Origin: Neocallimastix sp. 'constans'
Lineage: Eukaryota
Length of the DNA: 64,000 nt
Direction: 5' to 3'
Assembly: GCA_050613775.1 (NCBI GenBank)
Contig: JBODTK010000139.1
Coordinates: forward strand, 1 to 64,000
Part shown: piece after piece, positions 56,837-64,000 of the stretch
How positions within the stretch are numbered: the first letter of the stretch is position 1
How the letters are laid out: each line of letters opens with the position of its first letter
Program-made: the position numbers and the translations under genes
The notes under the pieces: model-generated
What the model saw: only the letters and a program-made list of their open reading frames with translations
Database searches by the model: none
Told to the model about the DNA's origin: nothing

Positions 56837-58200
56837 TCATTCCATTATAATAACTTCTTTATTAACTTTAATTTTAAGGAAAGAGTAATTTTTTTTTTTG
56901 GAAAAAAAAAAAAAATAAAGATTAACTTCAACAATGTATTGCTTTATTTGAGCATGAAAATAAGCATAAACTATTATAACTAATTTTAAATTTATATAAT
57001 AAATTGTATCCACTATACAAATTTCTTTCAGGTGTTGATTTTTTAAAATTTTACACATTATTTTTACATATTTATTTAACGTCACTTCCAACATTTCATT
57101 AGAATATTCTATTAAATCTTAAAAAATTTGCTTATCACTTCTTTTTTATAAAACGTGTATAAATTTTTTTTCCAATTCTTTATTTGAAATGTTTCTCCAT
57201 TATAGTATGTTAAATATCCAAAAGTAACTATTTTTGAATATAATTCATCTTTATATAATCATAATTTTATAATTTTTCTTGGAATCATCTACTTAATTAA
57301 TTTCTAATTTATTTTGAATATTATCATTTTCATAATTATTTATTTTTTATTTCAATATTATTTTTATTAATTAATTTTAAAATATCATCGAATACACTAA
57401 CAATGTCATAATTAATTATTTCTTTCTCATCATTGTAACGCCTTGATTTGATACAATGCTATTCGAATTTAAAGCACATAGACTAAACATGGATTAAAAG
57501 TTTTTTCATTATTATAAGCTTTATGTCCTTAATGCGTACGCTCTAAATCTTCAAAGGTTAATTCTTTATTTTTATTGCATAGATCTATAACTTTCTCTTA
57601 CGTAAATCTAATATATTGATAATATTTTTTATCATTTAATATTATATATGCCATAGAACGATTTAATGTAGACTCAAAAATCCTTAGCAATTGGTACTAT
57701 TCCTATCATATAAGAATAAACTAAATAAGAACTATCTCTAATTAAATCCTTTAAAAAAATAGATAATCATAGCTTTCTTTATTTGTAAACTTTTTACTCC
57801 TAATTATTCATCAATAACAAAAAAAAATTTTTTACTGGTCTCTAAATAATAATTAGTTAAATTTGTATATATTCATTTGATATTTCAGAAAAAGGATATA
57901 GTATTTCAATATCTTCTATCAGTTCTTCATTAATTGAAGGTAAATAGTTGTTTAAAGTTAGGAAATAAATAACATTTTTTAATAAATCTAAATAAATAGT
58001 GTGAAATTTTCCTTGAAATTTTTTATACTGATTAATTTAGATTCGTTTGGAAACCTTTAATTTTTCAAATATTTATTTGGAATGCATACTTTTAATTTAA
58101 TATGTTACTGATAATGTCACTGTTGAGTTTTTTTTTTTTTTTTTTATAATAACTCAAACATAATTTGCTTTTTATTTATTATATGAATTAGATAATAATA
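56837..58200 (-). pseudogene. Degenerate near-full-length AAA/nuclease paralogue (B5)
   Basis: Remnants FEKLKVSK, FQGKFHTIYLDL, FVIDE, YMIGIVP, KIVTFGYLTYYNG, MLEVTLNK..VIIME. Boundaries approximate. Confidence 0.8.
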
Positions 58201-58918
58201 TATTATTATATTATTATTTAATTTGTATATAAAAAAATATAGAAGTATAGAAAAAAAAAATAAATTATAAAATTCAAAAAATTAATAATGAAAATATATG
58301 GATCACCGAAAATGGTATAGTTTATTATTCTAAAAAAAATAAATAAGTAATAATAATTAATAATTTCTTATTAAAATTCATTAATCAAAATAAATTTTAA
58401 ATAGCGAAATTAATGAATTTGACTTTCCAAAGAGGAATTTTAATTCCTTTTGGTAGCATGATCATATAGAGCGATATGGACTCTAGCACTCCTTGTTTGT
58501 TTAACTGTTTTTATTTAGCATTGGCACTCCTGGTAACGGTGTTTTTATATTTACTAAATAGGAATCATTTGTGATTCGAAACAGTTATACATTATTTTGC
58601 TTAAGAAAGAAACCGCTATTTTCTCAAGAAGTGGGATTCCTGATATTGCATCAGTGTTTATCAGACATTTTATCCTACTCAGTTTTATTATTATTTCTTT
58701 TTTTTTGCGTCTTCCATAATGTAATAAAATTAAAATCTTGGGACTTCCCAATTCAGTAGAATTTTGAATATCGAAACTATAAATACTTTAATTATCTATA
58801 CTAGAATATTCATTACAACTTGTATTTCCATTTTCACTTGTACTAATTGAATTTTCAACGTCATTATTAACAACAGGATTATTTCTATTAAAATTTATCA
58901 ATCTATTTTGTCCCTTAG

Positions 58919-59529
58919 TGTAACGAATCTTAAAAAATTAGAAATTAGAATGCTGGCATAGTGGTTAGTCACTATGACCTCAGCCTGAACCACTAGGGTT
59001 CGACTCACACCTTTACTAAAATTTTATATCATTTAAATTTTAAAGAATTTTTATACTTCATTTCTGTATTTGTTTCTGTATTTGTTTCTGTATAAATTTC
59101 TGAAAAAATTAACAAAAGAAATTCTTAGAAATTAATAGAAACAAATCAGATAGAAATTCTATTTTAATTTATCTTTTATCATTATTTCTTTTAGATTCTT
59201 TTTAACCGAAAATAATCAATTTTTATGAAACTTTTTAATGATTTTATGGTTTTAAATTTTTATGGATTTAAATTTTGAAAAACTATAAATAGGAGTGAAT
59301 TTCGCAGCCAAAAAAAAAAAAATATATTCTAAAAATTGTGTTTTTATTAATTATTGAATTAATTAATAAGTAATTCGAAATATTACAATAATTAATCCTT
59401 ATAATTAATATTTTTAAATTTCTTAATTAATAAAACTATATTTTAAAAAACCAAATTACTTATTAATCAAAAAGTGCTTACCTATTGTGTTACACTCTTT
59501 AAAACACGGATATTCCAATATTCGTTACA
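58919..59529 (+). repeat. 5' LTR of the Ty3/gypsy element (611 bp)
   Basis: Perfect 10-bp terminal inverted repeat TGTAACGAAT / ATTCGTTACA; TATAAAT at 59284. The 3' LTR lies outside the window, so the call is unconfirmed. Confidence 0.8.
58954..59006 (+). promoter_or_regulatory. tRNA-like RNA polymerase III A-box/B-box pair inside the LTR
   Basis: TGGCATAGTGG (58954-58964) and GGTTCGACTC (58997-59006), 43 nt apart start to start. Confidence 0.6.
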
Positions 59530-59570
59530 ATAAAAACACCACTAAACTAAGCACAATACCTTTGCACTTT

Positions 59571-59820
59571 TACTATTTTTGGAACCCCGTTAAGGAATCC
59601 CATTTTCTACTACTATTTTTGGAACCCCGTTAAGGAATCCCATTTTCTACTACTATTTTTGGAACCCCGTTAAGGAATCCCATTTTCTACTACTATTTTT
59701 GGAACCCCGTTAAGGAATCCCATTTACTACTATTCTTTTTTGGAACCCCGTTAAGGAATCCCATTCTCTACTACTCTTTTTGGAACCCCGTTAAGGAATC
59801 CCATTTTCTACTATTTTTGA
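59571..59820 (+). repeat. 40-bp tandem array (6 copies) in the gypsy leader
   Basis: GGAACCCCGTTAAGGAATCCC at 59581, 59621, 59661, 59701, 59742, 59782. Confidence 0.95.
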
Positions 59821-60070
59821 AACCACTTACCAAGACTATAAACTTTTCTACCAAAATTCATTCATGAATTTATAAATTCAATCGGAACCCTTGAATTTTA
59901 CTATATATTAAAATTATTAATATTTTCAATAATCCATATAACCATCCTTGAAATTAAAATTATTTATATTGAAATTAAATATTTACTTCTTCTAATAATT
60001 AATTATATTGTATATTTATTATTCAATCAAAATCAATAATTATAATAACTAAAAAAAAAAAAAAAAAAAA

Positions 60071-63000
60071 ATGGAAGAAGTAAACAATAGTAATGCAACA
60101 CTCAAGGATGGATTCGCCGGCGATAGAAGGTATTTTAAAGGATTCCTCGCTAAAATTGAACTTCTTTTTATGATCTATCCAGATAGATTCGTTGATGATG
60201 AATCAAAAGTGGTATACATTATTTCAAGACTATATGGAACCGCTATGAACTGGGCAGCAACGTTAATTGAAAACATGGATCCATGCCTAGGTAATTACGA
60301 AGAATTCATCGAACGAATGAAATCGGTTTTTGGGAATAATGACGCAACTTTCGTGGCAAACCATAGGTTAAGAACAATAAAGCAAAAAAGAATCGGTGAT
60401 ATTCAACATTACATCATGGAATTCAACCGATATGCTGATGATTCATCTTGGAACGAAGAAGCCAAGATGGATGCTTTCTTGGATGGATTACAAGACCAAA
60501 TAGCTACCAGAATACTCGAAATGTTTCCAGGACCCCGTTCATTATTCGCAATGCAAACAATTGCTTCCAGAATCGATAGCCGCATATCAAACCATCGAAA
60601 CTTTAATAACTTAACCAACCGACAAAACAACAATAATAGTAATACTAGAAACAATTTTAAAAGAAACGCTGGTAAAAAACCTTTTCAATCCAAACCTAAT
60701 AAAACCCATGGACCTCTTTCAAAAGAAGAGAAAGAAAGAAGAAGAAAGGAAAACCTCTGCCTCTATTGTGGATCTACTGACCACCAACTTGATAATTGCC
60801 CCATCAAAAACAGAAAAAGAAACAATAATAACAGTACAAGCAGTAATACTACTTACGTAACAAATCCAGAAACAACCAAACCAAGACCAAGACTCTCTGA
60901 TAATCCCAATGTTAAAACTGCAACCTTTGAATTCAATATAAGTACCTCAAACGCTTCTGTTAAAACCAAAATTTTAATTGACTCCGGATCACAATTAAAT
61001 CTTATGGATATTTACTTCGCAAAAGAAAATAATATTCCCTTCGAAAAACAAAATGTTGTCCCACAAGTCTCCGGTATAGGTGGAAATCAAACTATATTAG
61101 GCAAAACCATGCCACTCTTCCTCACTTATGATAATCACAAATGCTTAGCTGAATTCTACATCATCGATTTACCCTCTTACTGCTGCATACTTGGCTCTGA
61201 ATGGCTCTGTACCCATAATCCAATGATAAATTTCTCTGAAAAGAAACTTTGCTTTAAATCAAGTTATTGCACTAATAATTGCCTGGTTATTCCTATGACT
61301 TTCACTGCTCACGTTACAGAAAAAGAACCCCAACTTGATGATGAAACCTTAGAATCAATTAATCAACCTGAAACGAACAATCTTCCTGAAAAGCTTTTGC
61401 AATTTATTGATGTCTTCGATGAAAAATCTGCCAACAAACTACCACCTCATCGTCAATATGATTGTGAGATAAAACTAAAACCCGATGCAAAACTGTTTTC
61501 TGGCCACCACGAATACCGCGTGATGCCTTTCGGCTTGAAAAATGCACCAGCAGTATTCCAACATTTCATAAATGACGTTCTTGAAGACTGTCTTGGAAAA
61601 TTCGCCTTCAGCTACATTGATGATATAATTATCTTTTCTCCTGATTTGGATTCTCATTGGATACATCTCGCTGAAATTCTCACTAGACTCCGTAAAGCAG
61701 GATTATACGCAAAGCTCGAAAAATGCGAATTCTGCGTTCCATTTATCGATTTCCTTGGTCATAGAATCTCCTCCAATGGTATATTTATGGACCCAAAAAA
61801 GATCTCTTCTATACTCGAATGGCCTACTCCAACATGTGTTAAAGATATTCAATCGTTTCTAGGTTTAGCCAATTACTATAGACGCTTCATACCCAATTTC
61901 GCAAAACTAGCTCATCCCCTCAATGCTCTCTTAAGGAAAGACTCCGAATTTCTCTGGTCCGAAGAAGCTGAAGAATCTTTTAATACAATCAAATCCAAAT
62001 TTACTTCTGCTCCCGTTCTCGCTTATCCTAACCGAAATCTCCCATTCATGGTCGAAACCGATAGCAGTAATTTTGCTATAGGTGCTGTTCTCTCTCAAAC
62101 TTCTTCAAAAGATAATAAAATTCATCCCATTGCCTTTTATTCAAGATCTCTTACTTCACCAGAAAGAAACTACCCGATTTACGATAAGGAGCTCTTAGCA
62201 ATCATCTCTGCATTGGAAAACTGGCGACATCCTCTGAAAGGAACACCTACACCGTTTACAATTTATTCTGATCATCGCAACCTTCTCTATCAGAAAAAAC
62301 CTGAAAAGATGACACAAAGGCTTATTCGTTGGTCTCTATTCTTATCCGAGTTTAACTTCAAAATTGTCTATCGCTCTGGCTCAATCAATGGAAAACCCGA
62401 TGCGCTCTCAAGAAGACCTGATTATGCTGCTTCTGAACAAAATTCTAATGAAATCCCCTTCTCAGTGCTCCGTCCTGAAAACTTTGCTGCTTTCCCAACT
62501 TCCGCTGTACCTTTCACTGAAGAAATCCTTTCCGAATGTAAAAACGATTCATTTTATCATAACGTTTGTGACTACCTTGGAAATAACAAGCTCCCAATCC
62601 CACATCCTAAAATCGATAAATTCTCACTTAGTAACGGTTACCTTCTCTTTGACAACAAACTTTATATTCCGCCTAACTGCCGCTCACACGCTTTTAAGAT
62701 CTGCCATGACTCTCCCTCCGCTGGTCACTTCGGAATTCGAAAAACAATTAATCTTTTAAATCGCGACTTTTGGTGGTCCTCGCTTAACTCTGATGCTAAA
62801 GACTATATTCGCTCCTGCGAAACTTGCTGCCGTTCTAAGGACTCAAGACACAATCCTTATGGATACTTACAACCGCTTGAAATTCCTAATCGCCCTTGGA
62901 TCTCTATTGCTATGGATTTTATTACCGATCTCCCTGAATCTTCTGGTTTTACTTGTATCTTTGTCATTGTCGACCGCTTCTCTAAAATGTGCCACTTTAT

Positions 63001-63927
63001 TCCTTTTGAAAACGTTCCTTCCGCCCCTGACACTGCTTCTGCTTTTATGAAAACCGTCTTTCGACTCCACGGCTTACCAAATGAAATTCTATCCGATAGA
63101 GGAATCCAATTTACCTCTAAATTTTGGACTGCTGTTTGCGATGCCCTCGACATTAAGTTGAAGTTCTCTTCTCCATCCCATCACCAAACTAACGGTTTGA
63201 CGGAGAGGGTGAACTCCGTTATTGAACAATATTTAAGATGTTTTGCTAACTACAAAGGATCTAATTGGAGTAACTATCTTTATCTGGCCGAATTCAGTTA
63301 CAACAATGCAATCCAGGAATCGTCTAATTACTCACCTTTCTATGCAAATTATGGATTCAATCCTAGGCATTCACCAGAAATACCAAGTAACATCGATGTA
63401 CCAAGAGCTGAAGACTTTGTAGTAAATTTATCTGATCTCTCTAAGGAATTAAAAAAGAATTTGGAAACCGCCTCTAAGAAACAAGAAAACTTTGCAAATA
63501 AACACAGAACCCAGAATTCAAGAAAAATGATAAAGTATGGCTGAATAGTTCTCTCATTTTAAGAAACAAAAACAAAAAACTTAAACCAAGAAAATTAGGA
63601 CCTTTCAAAATTATAAAGAAAATCTCTCCGGTAACTTACAAATTAGATCTACCAAAGAAGTATAGAATTCATCCAATTATACATGTATCCGAATTAGAAC
63701 CATATTATGAAGACAATTTTAATAGAACTCAAGCACCACCTCCACCGGTTATCATAGATGATGAAGAAGAATATGAAGTTGAAAAGATTCTGGATAAAAG
63801 AAAACATTATGAAAAAATTCAATATCTCATCAAATGGAAAGGATACTCACTATCTGATGCCTCGTGGGAACCTGAATCCAACCTCAACTGCCCTGAACTA
63901 ATCAAAGAATTTAATGAGTCCAACTAA
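60071..63927 (+). pseudogene. Chromovirus gag-pol with internal RT deletion and frameshift before the GPF/chromodomain
   Basis: CLYCGSTDHQLDNC, LIDSGS, MPFGLKNAP, YIDDI, ETDSS, HDSPSAGH..CETC, SDRG, QTNGLTER. After a frameshift near 63515: GPF..EYEVEKILDKR..YLIKWKGY..SWEP, stop at 63925-63927. Confidence 0.93.
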
Positions 63928-64000
63928 ATATAAATCATTTAATCAAAAATAAATTTTATTTCATCAAAGTACTATTAATCATTCTAACTTATGATTATTT

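Larger units (their letters stand above)
58919..64000 (+). mobile_element. Ty3/gypsy chromovirus LTR retrotransposon (runs off the window)
   Basis: LTR, leader, and Gag-PR-RT-RH-IN-chromodomain domain order. Confidence 0.95.

Noticed and set aside
58947..59020. Functional tRNA gene
   Set aside because: A and B boxes are present, but the acceptor and T stems do not pair and no clear anticodon arm forms.
59571..59820. CRISPR-like 21-bp repeats at a 40-bp period
   Set aside because: The linkers are near-identical and the array lies in a retrotransposon leader, so it is a tandem repeat.
40651..63153. Small antisense or alternate-frame ORFs inside the retrotransposon, MULE and AAA genes
   Set aside because: Shadow ORFs of the real coding frames; no independent motifs.

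Overview
Extremely AT-rich eukaryotic DNA. The composition, poly-A tracts before start codons, intronless bacterial-type genes and transposon content suggest an anaerobic gut fungus (Neocallimastigomycota); this is inferred, not proven. 1-18 kb is a block of tandem satellites (274, ~195, 53 and ~150-195 bp units) with two short CCCTAA-type telomeric motifs. 18-25 kb holds Mutator-like (MULE) elements, including a 5.7-kb copy with a perfect 9-bp TSD inserted into an inverted end of its own family. 25-36 kb and 52.5-58.8 kb form an amplified, partly inverted array of bacterial-type AAA-ATPase + PD-(D/E)XK nuclease genes: one intact 592-aa copy and several broken copies, with a C-terminal bipartite NLS-like tail in all four copies that keep the 3' end. 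37-50 kb is one Ty1/copia element nested in the 3' LTR of another; both have a PBS complementary to the anticodon arm of tRNA-Lys(CTT). 50-52.5 kb is a second MULE. From 58.9 kb to the end is a Ty3/gypsy chromovirus with a Tf1-type self-priming signature and a tRNA-like Pol III A/B-box pair in its LTR. No ordinary housekeeping genes were recognised.
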